A DNA stretch of 64,000 nt, taken from positions 1-64,000 of the forward strand of contig JALMLS010000183.1 of assembly GCA_038496445.1 (NCBI GenBank), given 5' to 3'. The stretch is from Trichosphaerium sp. ATCC 40318. Its lineage: Eukaryota; Protista; Tubulinea. Shown in pieces: positions 1-12,690 of the stretch. Below the pieces are notes generated by a model. The model made no database searches and had not been told where the DNA came from. It worked only from the letters and a program-made list of their open reading frames with translations. How positions within the stretch are numbered: position 1 is the stretch's first letter; every line of letters starts with the position of its first letter. Position numbers and translations under genes: made by a program.

Positions 1-139
1 ACATGAAAACTGTGTTATGAATACTTTAGCGAAAAAAAATCAAAAAATAATCAAAAAAAAAAAAATCAAAAAAAAAAAAAAAAAAAAAAAACGAAATAAA
101 ACGAACACGGCCCGCGCATGTATGTATCGGAAAACGTAC

Positions 140-1578
140 CTTGAATGCTGCCTTCAACTTGTTGTTAGGAGTTATTTGGGACTCCAACACATTATCAAAG
201 CTGGCAGCAAAAAACCCATTTAGGCATCTCTTCATCCTCTTGATGGGCATGGTTTTAGCATAAACCAACTGGTTGGCTATGATAACACCTCTACATAGAT
301 AAATTAGTTGAAATGAATTAAAAATAAAAAAAAAAACAAAAAATAAAAAAAAAATATAAATGGCAGCTACGTTTATGAACATGTGCCGTGCGTGTTACGT
401 CAAACGCGAACTTTAATGGTAAAAAAAAAAAAAAATGGACAAAACAAAAAAAAAAACAAAAAAACAAAACAACCAACTTACTCAAAACCAAAGATAACAT
501 CTCTGTGTTCTCCAATAAGGGTACTCACAATTTTTGTTTCAGTATTGTGGTTTCCATGACTGCTCACAATCATCCAACCAGGGCTTGTTGGAGCTAAAAA
601 GAGTATTATAAGATGGCACATTAATAAAAATACAAACACGGTTTTTTCGTGTGGAAAATATGACCTCGAGCTCGTGGTCGGAAACAAACACATTAAATAC
701 GTGTTATGTACACAACGACAAGCTTGCAGTCAGTTATAAAGCAAGACTTTAAAAAAAAAAAAACGGTTTTTAAAAAAGTACACACTTTTTATGTGTACGA
801 AAACCGACCCGAGCTTGCGGTCAGGTACGAACACAAAAAACATGTGTTGAATACCACAAAGCAAGCTTGCAGTCAGTTATAAAGCAAGACTTTTAAAAAA
901 AACGGTTTTTAAAAAGTACACACTTTTTATGTGTACGAAAACCGACCGCGAGCTCGCGGTCATATACGAACACGTAAAAAACGTGTTTATAATCGTACAG
1001 CGAGCTTGTGGTCTGTAAAAAAAGCAAAACAACAAAAAAATATTAAAAAAAAAAGTACACAATTAAATTGTGAACCAAAACCAACCGCCAACTAGCGCGA
1101 CATGCGAACATGTGATATACGTGTTCTAATACCGCGACGAGCTCGCTGTTGAAAATTGAAGCAAAATAAAACAGTGTGAACCAAAACCAAACGAAAAAAA
1201 ACGCACACGCGTTCTGCGTGTTACGAAACCCGTTTGAGTTTGGTTCTACCATGAGAAAAAAACCGCATGATAACGAAAAAATCGTACACATGAAAACCAT
1301 GTACAAAACCGTCGTTTTTTTTCGAAAAATTTACTTGAAAAATTAACAAATTTAGGGTTTTAAAAAAACCATCTAAAAGCAAAAAAACCCCTTTATTAGT
1401 CTTTAAAAATTAAAATAAGACTAATAAAGGGGGTTTTAAAAAAAAAGAGTAAAAAAAAGAGGTTAGTATCTAGTTTTTTCTTCCTCCTGAGCTTAAGCTT
1501 GCCATCAGCTTCTTTGGAGGGCTCATCCTCATCAGAAAACTCAATGTTTATGAGAGAGAGGTCTTCATCTGAGCTCAT
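140..1578 (-). CDS. Hypothetical multi-exon protein, 5' part; continues off the left edge
   Basis: Coding-like exons MSSDEDLSLINIEFSDEDEPSKEADGK (1578-~1470), APTSPGWMIVSSHGNH...FGF (~595-480) and RGVIIANQL...KAAFK (~295-140, followed by a GTACGT donor), separated by poly-T-rich introns. No family recognised. Confidence 0.4.
640..1020. repeat. Degenerate tandem repeat, ~140-bp unit, ~2.7 copies, palindrome-rich
   Basis: caagcttgcagtcagttataaagcaagacttt...aagtacacactttttatgtgtacgaaaaccgacc recurs at ~719 and ~862. Perfect 18-bp palindrome GACCGCGAGCTCGCGGTC at 944-961. Confidence 0.85.
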
Positions 1579-1894
1579 CCTTGATTTATGAAAAGTCAAA
1601 AAAGTAAAATGAGGCTTTTTTTCCCCCAATAATCGCGTTGAGAAATAGACAGGAAAGTTTCGTGTTTCGAAATGTGAATCAGAAATTTCGCCTGTTTAAA
1701 AAAAGTAAGAAAAAAATGAGAATTTGACAGTTTGCAAGATTGTTGATGAGGTTCTGGGTTTGTAAAAAACCCTATCTTGCTGTAACCCTACAGGGAGATT
1801 GTATGTGCAAAAAACATAAAAAAAAGCCAAAAAAATTGAAAAAATTTTACAACAGGGTAGAGTAGTGTACAAAAAAATACGGTTGGTACATACT

Positions 1895-2490
1895 CCTAAA
1901 CCCTAACCCTAAAACCTAACCCTAACCCTTAATGCAACATAGTATAGGATGAAGCGCCATATTAATTCAAGCACAAAAATGTCTTTGGCATTTCTGCACC
2001 TACCCGCGATGGCCCGTACAGGACGATATTCGGCGAATAAAAATCACATAGTCCCTAACCCTAAATAACTTTAACCCTACAAACTCAAAATCGCTTACAT
2101 CTATATAACTCATCACTATAGATACCTACAAATTAATTATTGCTTGTACCACTTTTATATGGCCTAATAACATATATGTACATACATAAAGTAATTAAAA
2201 ATACATTTGTAAATGCAGCCTTCAAACGCAACTGCATGGTAAAAATATTTCAAAATTTGCAAAAAAAAAAAGTTCGTGTGTTGCTCATGGGCCATGTAGT
2301 GTGCGAATATCATTTTCAATGCTGCACACCATAATAATACATGTTTGTGCCTAGCGGCACAGCTATGAAAGTAGCAAAATCTAATAAAACCAAAAAAGTA
2401 GAGGTTTAGGTAACCTTAACCCTATGTTGAATTAAGGTTAGGTTATTAAACGTTAGAGTTTTGGATCTTACCTTTTACAAGCTTAGGGTA
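1895..2490. repeat. Short interstitial telomere-like CCCTAA/TTAGG(G) clusters
   Basis: cctaaaccctaaccctaaaacctaaccctaaccct at 1895-1929, ccctaaccctaa at ~2053, and ttagg/ttaggg variants at 2404-2490. Confidence 0.5.
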
Positions 2491-2760
2491 ATTGTAGCTA
2501 AGGTTACTTTATTTGCAACTTTTTATGGTAATCCTCAATACTTTGTAAGGTTATGTTTGACTACTTTTTGCTTGTTTGTTGTTATACCTTGGTACTATTT
2601 TGTTGGAGAACTTAATTCATATTCTTTTTACTTTTAAATTCATGTAGGTAATAAACACCAATTTAGTACTTTACTTGGTAAAAGCTACTACATAAGGCCT
2701 AGGCCACATATTTGTCAGGCTAGCCATGTGAACAATTTTATTGTTAAAGTTGTTTTATTA

Positions 2761-3846
2761 TTAATGACGGACAAGAAACTCACTGGTTAATAAGAATTGA
2801 CCAGCCCAATACAATGCCATTACAACAAGTTGGTATTGTGTTTTATCTAGAGGAACCTCATCTCGTAATTCTGTTTACAACAAGTGTTAACATTTAACAA
2901 AACACATAGGGTAAAACAAAACTTACCAGGGCTAAATACACGAATACCAATCAATGCATCGCTTGCCATAAATAAGAAAGCTCCAATACACGTCTTTGTT
3001 GTATCAGTTGAAGCGTAGCTAGCCATCAATACAATCATGAGTGAATACCCTACAACGGCAACTTGCATGACATCCTCACTCGGCCATATGCAGTACACTG
3101 CGATGGCAGCTACGCGCAAAACACGTGTAAGTTAACGATATATAATTTAACGAGAAAGAATTTAGAAACACGTTTGTAGCTGAACACGTGCACGCTGACA
3201 CGTTCGTTACACAAATAAAAAATGACAAAAACAAAAATAATACTAGAGATACAATAAAAGTTGGTGACGTACCGAGAATACTGAGAACTACGAAGAGAAC
3301 AGGAGGCGGTTTAAGCGTTTTGCTCTTTTTGACGTACGAGGTAGCGAAAGCGCGTGCAAACAACAAATGAGCGACTGCGAATGCGCCAAGGCCGTATAAA
3401 AAGAACTCTTGCTTGTACTAAGCATTTATACCGGTTAGATTAACCGGTAAGTTTTTAAAACTAATCAATAATGGCAAGTACCTCTAGTAGGAAGTCGCCT
3501 AGAGCCGAAGACAATAGTGCCAATGCAAGGCCAGTTCCAAATTCACCAGAATAAGGTGCTGTTACAGCAGAGAACGCCAAGAACACGCAAACGAGCGGTT
3601 TAGCGATTAAACGCACTGTAGGGATATCTATGCGCAAACGTGAGCTATTAATGATACACAGTGTTACCGCAACGCGAATAGGAGTTATTCGCTCAATTTG
3701 CTCGGTTGCTTTTTCTTTTTTTCAAATATCTTTCGGGCTGTTCGCTCTTATTTAGGCATACCTTGCAACAAACCAACTACATATACGGCCACTAGGACGA
3801 CAGCAAGTTGGACGTAGAGGGAAAATACTGGCTTTGGGGTAGGCAT
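2761..3846 (-). CDS. yhhN: YhhN/TMEM86-family lysoplasmalogenase-like membrane protein (multi-exon)
   Basis: Motifs KPLVCVFL, ALLSSALGDFLL, GLGAFAVAHLLFARAF, VGYSLMIVLM, GAFLFMASDALIG and VMALYWAGQFLL are characteristic of YhhN. Confidence 0.9.
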
Positions 3847-4311
3847 GGTCTTTATTGCGTTAGAATGAGAAATTGATTTGGAGAAAAAAAAACAGCCGCA
3901 AGAAAATGAGAAACCCTTTGAACGGACACCTGTCACATTTTAACAAACAATGACGTATTAGGTGCTAACACCCCACCACTGAACCACGAGTATACAAGGG
4001 ATCACAAATGGCAGCTGATCACCGCCTTTAATTTTTATTTTTCCTATTTTCACAAAATAATGCCTTCATTTGGTTTTCCTCGTTTTGGAGCACCTCCATA
4101 GTGCTCACCTATATACAATAACGACAAGAGCATCCCTTGCAGGCGACACAACCACAATACGCTAACTACAATCCGAAAAAAAAAAACAAGCAAGGCAAGC
4201 CGACGCATTTAGCGCTTTGAGTGCCGTCCCTTATTTTTAGTGTCGCTTTTTTTCGTTTGTTGATTTTTTTAAATAGTTTTGCACGCTTTTTATCTCTTCG
4301 AATAGCACGCC

Positions 4312-5247
4312 CTAATCTGTGAGGTCATCACGTGAGTGCGGGTCCAGTGGTATTTGCTGTCTGTATGCTGCAAGCAATTTGTTGGTCGACATTTGTTCGC
4401 TATCTACACGACAAGCAATTAATATTCATTTTTTATACATGTAAAAAAAAAAATAAAAAACAACGACAGACTCGCTAAAATGCTACAAACCGTATGCAAA
4501 GTTGCACAAGGTTTTTTACCATGTAGGTCTAAGCGTTTTCAAAAATAAAACGGTAAAAACAACTGAAATGCATGTATACGGTATAAAATGCTTGAACAGT
4601 AATTTGTGGTACGCACCTTCCATGTCGTACAAGTGTCGGAGCTGAGACATAGATAAATCTTTTCTTTTTTTGTGGTATAGCTCCAACAGCGTCTCCACAT
4701 CAATATTCTCGCGTCGTTGTAGCGTTTGAATAATTTTACGCATTTTGTCACGTTCGGTGAGTTGTGCGCGTCTACGAGCCAAGAATTCCTTCACTTCTAT
4801 CTGCCTCTTGCCGAGCATCGCCTCGTCGATTTGTAAGGTCGGATAAATTTCAGTTTGAAACTTTTCGCCGCTAAGGCCAGGACGCGGCTTCCTGTAACGC
4901 GTGTTGAGCGAAGGCCTTCGATTCGTGTTGTATAATGCAGGGTCGAGGTCCTGGTTCATGTACTCCTTACTACACGCTTGGTATTTATCTGAGGTGCCTG
5001 ATCGTTCACTAGATTTGCCCACTCCTTTCATCCAGTCTACTGCCTTCAGATTTGATTTAATAAGCTGCGTGCGAGACAACTGACTGCGCGTTCGTTTGTC
5101 CAGGGACAGTAAGAAATCGTCCACTTTTCTTTCCACGCTTCTAGGGTAGTTTTGTCGCCTTTCGAGCACATTTAGTCGTTCGATATTGTCGGAAGTTAAA
5201 CCAACCCGCGATCTAGAGCTTTGGTTGTAACTTGCTGAACGGGCCAT
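4312..5247 (-). CDS. Hypothetical protein (2 exons, basic, helical C-terminus)
   Basis: Long exon from ATG 5247 to GAAG|GTGCGT (~4616), spliced in frame to a short last exon DSEQMSTNKLLAAYRQQIPLDPHSRDDLTD* (stop at 4312). Confidence 0.65.
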
Positions 5248-5931
5248 ATTTAAACACCAGTTGAGGCCGTTGCCGTTTAAATTTTGGTAAAATTGGGTAA
5301 ATTTATTTCAAGAGTCAAGAAAACTGAAACAAAATAACATTTTCGCAGATTGTACTAACGAATAAAGCGCTATCGTTACACGCTGTTATAGAAAGGCGCA
5401 CTGGAATAACTACAGCGTTAAAAACAGATTCTAAGATAATATTGCCCTGCAATTCGTTAATTTCGTGTAGTTTGAGCATGAAATTGCTCTTTGGCGCGTT
5501 GTAAGGTGTCAACACACTTTTGTAATTAAAATCTCGTTATACAACGAGACACTGGTTTGTTGCAACCACACGGCGTTGAGGAGTGAGGTTACTGAGGTGT
5601 GTATAACCACGTGATAGGATAACGCAAAAATGTTACATTGACATTTGAAAAAAGAGAAACGAGCTTTATAAGTGCCTGTCTACATTGCCTTTGGTGACTT
5701 ACACCTTGCCGAAGGGTACATACCTATTTTGGTGTCTTCGCAGTAGCGATCACGTGGAAATGTGAGTGCGTCCGTTCTTGCACTCATTAATCAACTACTA
5801 TGGTGTATGTAACATAATATATTCTGTGACATGAAAAATTTAGCAGGAGATAATTGCGACAGGATCACTTCACGTTGCATTACAAAGTTTTTGGCTTGTA
5901 TGTGCAATATTGTTTCGTTGTTGTCCTACCA

Positions 5932-7674
5932 TTACGAAACCACTTTAACAAATACAGGAAAGCGTGGCACCCCGTTGTGCGTGAGCTCTTGGTACTTTAT
6001 CACTATGGTGTCACCTATACTTTGTTAAAAATATGTCAAGCCTGTTTGAGGACATACCCACTTTAGGACGCACTGAACTTGGCATGCCATGTGCAACGTT
6101 TACACTGATACCATTTTGTAAAGTGCACACTAACCCTTTGACGAAATGGTTAGTAGATAACATTACTCTGCTTGTACCTCTATTGAGTTGTCCTGTGTTA
6201 TACGCAGATACTTTAACCCGCGTTTCATAAAAGTACTTTACTTTTAAAAGGGTATTTGATCTTTTGCCTACATACCTAAACAATTTATTAAACAACCTGG
6301 AAGCGGCGATACCACAGTACAAGGAGCGAGGCTTTCGTAACATAAGACCCTCTCCTCTTTTATTTAAGATGCTTTGCAACATTGAAAAAAGATGGACATT
6401 ATCCTAAGGCGCTTAATTAGGAAAGAACTATCAACTAGTAATGTCTTCGCACGTCTATTTTTTTGTGGGTGATAACACTGATATGGTCTTGCTTCTTAAT
6501 ACGTTTATTGAGAAACGTGAGCCTATCTTCAAATACGTCTTCTATCCGGTAAGGACAATCTATAATCTTTAAGCTAATATTTTTCCAATGTCTGTCTATG
6601 GAAATACATAAGCTTCATAATACAAGTGCAAAACGCTACCATTCATAGACCTAATGGTACTGATGGTCAAAAAGAAGTTGCCTCTGCCGCCAAATAACTC
6701 TGCATCAAGAACTAAATTCTTGGGCAAGCTCTCAGTGAACCAATCAGGCGCTGTTATGACGTTTCCGCCACGCGTCACGAATTCCCTAAGGCTGATTATT
6801 TTTTCATTCGCTAACAACATTTTGGGACATACCGACCAGTCCATAACACGCGCACGCCATCATATTTTTCCGATACCCACCACCCACTAACATCTGTGAC
6901 ACCGTCCCACTAGTAGATGATGAGAATAAGTCACAAGCATCAGGGTATAATCGCACAGTTTGTGCCAATAGCAACTTAGGCGGATCGTGCTTTTCTGACT
7001 TGGCAGGTACTGTGTTAACTACGTTACTGCCGTCTGGTATATCTAACATCCAATCCCCATCAGGATACAGCGCTGACAGGAGATCTGTAAGGGAGTAGTT
7101 GTACCTACGGTTAAAATAAATTACTTAAAACAACTGGTGATTTCGCAACTTACTTTTTTAGCAGCACGTGACCGCCGTTTCGACGAACGTGTGTTTGTTG
7201 CACCATATTTAAATCATGCAGCGTGTACACATTTAGAGCAGAGGCTATAGAATCTTCAAATAATTCTCTTTGGTGCTCCAAGGAGTCCCAGTAACCTCGA
7301 CCGCGCCTGAACATTGTATTTGTCAATAATTGTTGTATAGTCTCAAGCGACGTACGCAAATCTACTATTATCCCATGCTATATGCGGGTATAAATGCTTT
7401 ACAGTTTCAATCACCGATCTATTGTACCTTAGGAGCGTTTTAGTAAGAGAAAGCGTAAATACTTATTAGATAAGCGTAGTTATCGCAAGTACTTCAAAAG
7501 GAGTCCAGAGCCGCCCACTTTTTCAACATCTTTGATGGTTATTTTGTATAAATCGTCAAAAGTGTGTAATCTGAGTCTAGGCGCAGCGTTGGTGTCCATG
7601 AACTGTTTTTGGCGTTCTGAGGAGCTCCAATCCGTTAAACTTGGAAAAACCTTGAGTATTGTGCGTGGCATCAT
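5932..7674 (-). CDS. Minimal ATP-dependent DNA ligase (adenylation + OB domains) with two N-terminal ~65-aa repeats
   Basis: PPKLLLAQ; motif I GWWVSEKYDGVRVLWTG; APDWFTESLPKNLVLDAELFGGRGNF; motif IV GEGLMLRKP; motif V RSNTLLKVK; motif VI KYQELTHNGVPRFPVFV*. Confidence 0.9.
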
Positions 7675-7891
7675 CTCGGATAGCAGGCATTACTCCCAAA
7701 CAGTAAATAAAATAACAATTGAAACTAGTTCACCAACAGCGCAATTTTTTTATTGAAGTTACTTGTCAAACATTTTATTGTTACAGCCTTACACGTGACA
7801 ACAAAAAAAAATCACAAGCCGGAAGCCCAACATCACAATAGAGTACACAAACATCAAAGAAGTGTTAGGGATGAGTCTGTTCATGATGCAC

Positions 7892-8368
7892 TTAGTTTTC
7901 TGTCTTTGCCTTTTTTACAAATGTCAGTACTTGGCGGTACGTGCTCAGACTATAATCTACGCTTCCTGGTTCAGCTGCAAAGTCAGATGTGCCAACCACA
8001 TCAAATCCTTTGAATATAAAGAACTCCATCGTCATGGTTGGTAATGTACAATAATGAGCGTTCACTACAGTCATACCCTGAAGAACGTGGTGACCACTCT
8101 TACTAATGTACTGCCATTTAAACTTTTTTGGAATCAATGAAATGTCTTTATAGGCGCCTGCTGCAGTGGCGTACAAAACCTTAAGCTCATCGATATAAGG
8201 TGCTGCTGTAATTGACGCTCGAAGGCATAGATCCATCCTTAAACCTTCATATCTTGTGTAGGCTACAAAATAACAAAAAAAGGGAGTTAGCAATCGGCAT
8301 CGAAGTATACTACCTTTCTACGCACTGAAATACAATCTAACGACCTCCGCTGCTCCTTTTGTAGCCAT
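7892..8368 (-). CDS. Small hypothetical protein
   Basis: ~125-aa coding-like exon (YTRYEGLRMDL...VKKAKTEN*) preceded by an AG acceptor and a short upstream ATG exon (MATKGAAE). Confidence 0.5.
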
Positions 8369-8721
8369 TTTTGTTCTAAGACTGTCAATAGCGTAACACA
8401 AGCCTAAATAACAAGTTCAACGCCAAGTACGTGCAACTGAAAGATGTATTGTGTTTATTTAGCACTTTAAGCAAAGGACTAATCCAGTCACTCTCTGACT
8501 GTACACAACCCTCGATCATTGACGCACACAAGTCTGTTGCACAAGCAGATTGTCACGACAATGCTCATTTTCCTACTTTTAGAAACATTTAGCGGAAACC
8601 GTCTACAACAATTTGAGACGCTATGGAGCACCCTGTTGTAGTATTTATATACAAATAAGGCGCGGAAATCGAAATTGGTTTTTTTTATGTACATTTACAA
8701 TTTTACAACTCGCTGCTCTTA

Positions 8722-11700
8722 CTATACCGCCTTTTGTATGCGATTGCGTGTCACGTGTCCCTCTGAAGCTGCTCTGAGCAGTGGCTTATCTTTCCTGCGT
8801 CCACGTCGTGGCTTCAAGCCAGCAACAGAATTTCCCCGCTTTCTTCTTTTTTCTCTCACTTTCTTTTTAACATCTGCAGCTTCCTTATTATGTTTTGAAT
8901 GTACTTGCTCGGAGCGTGCTTCTCTTATATCACCGCGACTAGTTGGAGTAGGTCCATAAAGTGCTTCCTTTTGAAGAAGTGAGAGAGGAACAAAAACTGT
9001 GGTACAGACGGAGGCTCTGTAAAACAAATTGCATACCAATTTGTTCGCCATTCTGTTACTAGACTTCTGGATTCCACCTCCTTTTTTAATCTCTTCTACT
9101 CTAAAAGTGACAACATATCTAATAGAACACGAATATGTTAGACAGCATAGATACAAGGAGTGAGCAAAATGCCTTGTTTCTTACCTAGGGATTGCTTGAT
9201 CTCTAAAGAAGACTACCCATCGCTCATTTGAAAAGACGGGGCTAGCATCCTTTGGTAAGAATACACTATCAAACCCAAGTTCATAAATCTCCGAAAAATC
9301 AAGGCGGTTCTGTGCCTTGTGGAACTCCCTGTGGCACAATATAAGACGTATTGTACAAATGATAGGTATTGCAACGCACCAAAACTTTCCTATACCAACC
9401 TCACATAAAAGCACTTTCTTACCAGTACCAACACTAAGTGATTCTGGAGGAGCATCTAAATAGTAGATTAACAAAAACAATCGCTGTACAAATTTATATC
9501 ACGTGCCTTCTTCAAAGTAAATACCGCGTCCTACAGCATCAGGTTTTTTAGGCAAGTCAAATCCATCAGCTACTACTTGTGCCAAGTTATTCAAATGTTT
9601 GCCTGGTCTAAAGAACTTCAACTCGCTCTTAGGCTCCCTAAAAAAAAAGTCTTTAGTAATCTACACATTCATTCATTGCGATCTAAACTTACCTTAAAGT
9701 GATACGACGTGTTTGATACCGTCTATCGAGCCTAGGATTAACAACACACACGGCGTTTTCTATACTTAATTTGACGTTGGTGGCGCGTCTGGCGTATTCT
9801 TGTAGTATTTTCTCAAGTCCATCAAGTTTTGTTTGATCTCGAACAGGTACAAATTCAGTTCTAGTTGATATATTTCCCTAAACCAAAACTGTCACGTGAT
9901 TTTTCTTTTACGCGAGTTTCTATCACGTGCCTTTAATTTGTCTATTTCTTTGAGCAGTATTTTTGCCTTTCCAATCGTTAGCCCAAGTCGTTTAACGTCA
10001 CGTTGATTCAACTCCAACAACGCCTCTCCAGTAATTTCTTCTTGTCTAAAAAGGCGCCTAATACCTAAGCATGTAGTTTTAGTACGTAGCTATGGAGTTA
10101 TGAATGCGTCTTACTTGCTAATCCAACCGTTTCTAGCCAATGACCAACGTCACTGATAGACCAAGCAGATGGTTTTACCGAAGGTGTTGCGTTGCCGTCC
10201 TTTGTGCCTCGACGACTACTTCCCCTTTTCGCAGATTTAACAAAGTGATTTTTAGAAGAAGATAGAGGAGCTTGTTCGATGTAGTTTGCTTTGTCGACTA
10301 AACAAATAGTCAATAAAAAACACAGCAACAGTTTTAGAAAAACTGACCAGATCCACGTCGTGGCCTTGAACCTTTCCCCAAAGCCTTCAATTTTTCTATT
10401 GCTGAGCGAGACCCATTATCAGCCGCTTTTTTGAGCCAGTGTTTAGCTTGTGGAATAGATTTCGTTTGTCCAAGTTTCCCATTTAGGTGCGATAAACCGA
10501 GCTCGTATTGCGCCACACTGTCTTTATTATTACCAGCTCTATAAACACAAAAAGTTGGTTAACTGGCTTCCAAACAACCAAAAATAAAAAACACAAAAAA
10601 CCCGAAACGCACTTCAGATACCACGTGTACGCCTCTAAAATATCCTTATGACAACCGTAACCACTAATGCGTTTTAGGAATTTTTAAATAGATCACGTGA
10701 AGACCAAAAGAAAACCTGCCCAACTAGCAATATACAAAACGTACTGCTTCAACATGTATCCAACTTTGCGTTGCGCTTTTGGATGTTTCCGTGCTGCTGC
10801 CTTCCTGTACCACTTAAACGCCTTTTTGAAATCAGTGGCAGCTACGCCGGTACCACTTCCATACATACAACCAAGATCGTGCATCGCATCTATACAGTAC
10901 GTGAGCATCAACCAAGATAAAAATAAAAAAGACAACTGTAACAAAAAGTGCACTGACCAACATGGCCCTGACTGGCCGATCTATGTAGCCATTTAATACC
11001 ATCTTTTGCATTTCTTGATGTTCCCACGCCGTGGAGTAACATTGTGCCTAGATATGGCGTACATCAGGTTTATTAATAACTAGTGATGTAATTACCTGTG
11101 CGATATTGAGCGGACATGTGTTTTTGTTTTGCCGCCTTATGAAACCAAAGGAAGGCTTTTGCATCATCTTCTGGTACGCCGTATCCATACAAATAACACT
11201 TTGCGATATTATATTGTGAGTCCGGATCGCCTTGAAGTGCTGCATTGAGGTACCACTAGCAAAAAGAGTTTAAAAATTGTGAATTGAAAGAGTGTATCTA
11301 ACACCAAAAAATATGCACCTCGGAGGCAGCCCTAGCGCAACGGCGTTAGAAACAATATGAATGTGAGCAAATTAAATTATGTAGATACGCACCTTAAACT
11401 TTGTACACAACCGGTACCCGTCTGATAACAGTTTGCAAGATTATATTGGGCCTGTAAAATGCAAAGGTGAGTTTTTTTTTTTTTGATTTGTAATTATTTG
11501 ATTTTGTGAAGTATACTGAATCTTACATCTTTGTGTCCACCTTTTGCCGCCTTTTTATACCACTGAAAAGCCTCTTCAGCAGACTTATCAACGCCAAGAC
11601 CGGAGTCGTACATACAACCGAGGTAGTATTGCGCACGAACATGACCTTGATGTGCTGACTCTTCGAAGCTCTTCTTTGCTTCAGAAAATGACTTTTTACA

Positions 11701-12028
11701 TCCTAGACCTACAACGAAAATAAATCAACAAAAATAATTGGTACTAGTAATACATTCAATTAAAATAAATACGTCGCATATACCGCTTTTTTCAGAGTAT
11801 TCATGTCGCGACACAAATTACAATTGATTTGATTTCATTTTTTTTTCTACCCACGTGCGACGAAGCGGCAGTATGGGGTGAGGGGTATTCGTTTTTGACA
11901 ATGTACGTACCGTACAAGTACATGCGACCGAGTTGACATTGTGAGGACGCATGGCCCTGCGCACTGCCTTCCTTGACACGTAGAAATCGTTCTTTATGTG
12001 CGTCTGTGACGGTTTTGTCACCAGACAT
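8722..12028 (-). CDS. SEL1-repeat / SAM / PARP-like (ADP-ribosyltransferase fold) protein, multi-exon
   Basis: Many SEL1 repeats (AQYYLGCMYDSGLGVDKSAEEAFQWYKKAAKGGH etc.). SAM domain WSISDVGHWLETVGL...FRQEEITGEALLELNQRDVKRLGLTIGKAKILLKEIDKLK. PARP-like motifs VADGFDLP..AVGRGIYF, KVLLCEVGIGK, GFDSVF and ERWVVFFRDQAIPRYVVTF. Confidence 0.8.
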
Positions 12029-12571
12029 TGCCGAACTTTTTTGTAGCGTTTAGAAAGAGGAAGTTCTTGATTTACTTGAGTCTATTTTACAAAGACCAAG
12101 TTTATGCGTTCTTGAAGAGCCGAATATCTGATTCGACGCCAAATACGGTGAACAAAAATACCTAAAAGCTAATACCGCTAATTTTTATTGGCGAGAATTC
12201 TTCTGCGTTGACTAATGTGTTACTGGCCTGTTCTCTCAAGATCCTGGATCAACAAGCGCCGCACTGTGTACATTGTATCTTTACATTAGAACGGATAGTA
12301 ACGGAGTATTCAAGTACTGCAAGATACGTCATTCAATCACATTGTCAAAATCAACTTAAAAAGTCGTTAGTGTTAAACGGCTCACACTTAGTTTGAGCCT
12401 TGTTTGAATCGATAGGCATCATAGCAGCGAAGTACGCGATAGATAATATGAGTGTCGGACACCCAAGTAATTATTTCAACGCTGACTCAAGAATTGTAAC
12501 TAGACTTAAAGAGCATACTCAACATTTCCCATTTTATACTTCGAATTGATTCAAAGCATTCAGCTTCTTCA

Positions 12572-12690
12572 AGGAGAGTATAGAGATTGGCTCAAAAGAC
12601 GGTACATTATCAATCCTAGAAAACTACAAGGATGGTAAAAAAGACGGAATGTTTAGAGAGTGGAATAAAACTGGAATGCTACATGCTTTT
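12572..12690 (+). pseudogene. MORN-repeat gene remnant
   Basis: GEYRDW(frameshift)KDGTLSILENYKDGKKDGMFREWNKTGML, the same repeat type as the intact MORN genes at 28.6 and 44.5 kb. No intact ORF. Confidence 0.6.

Noticed and set aside
17-1306. Many short Lys- or Phe-rich ORFs in the ORF track
   Set aside because: They are translations of poly-A/poly-T intron tracts, not proteins.
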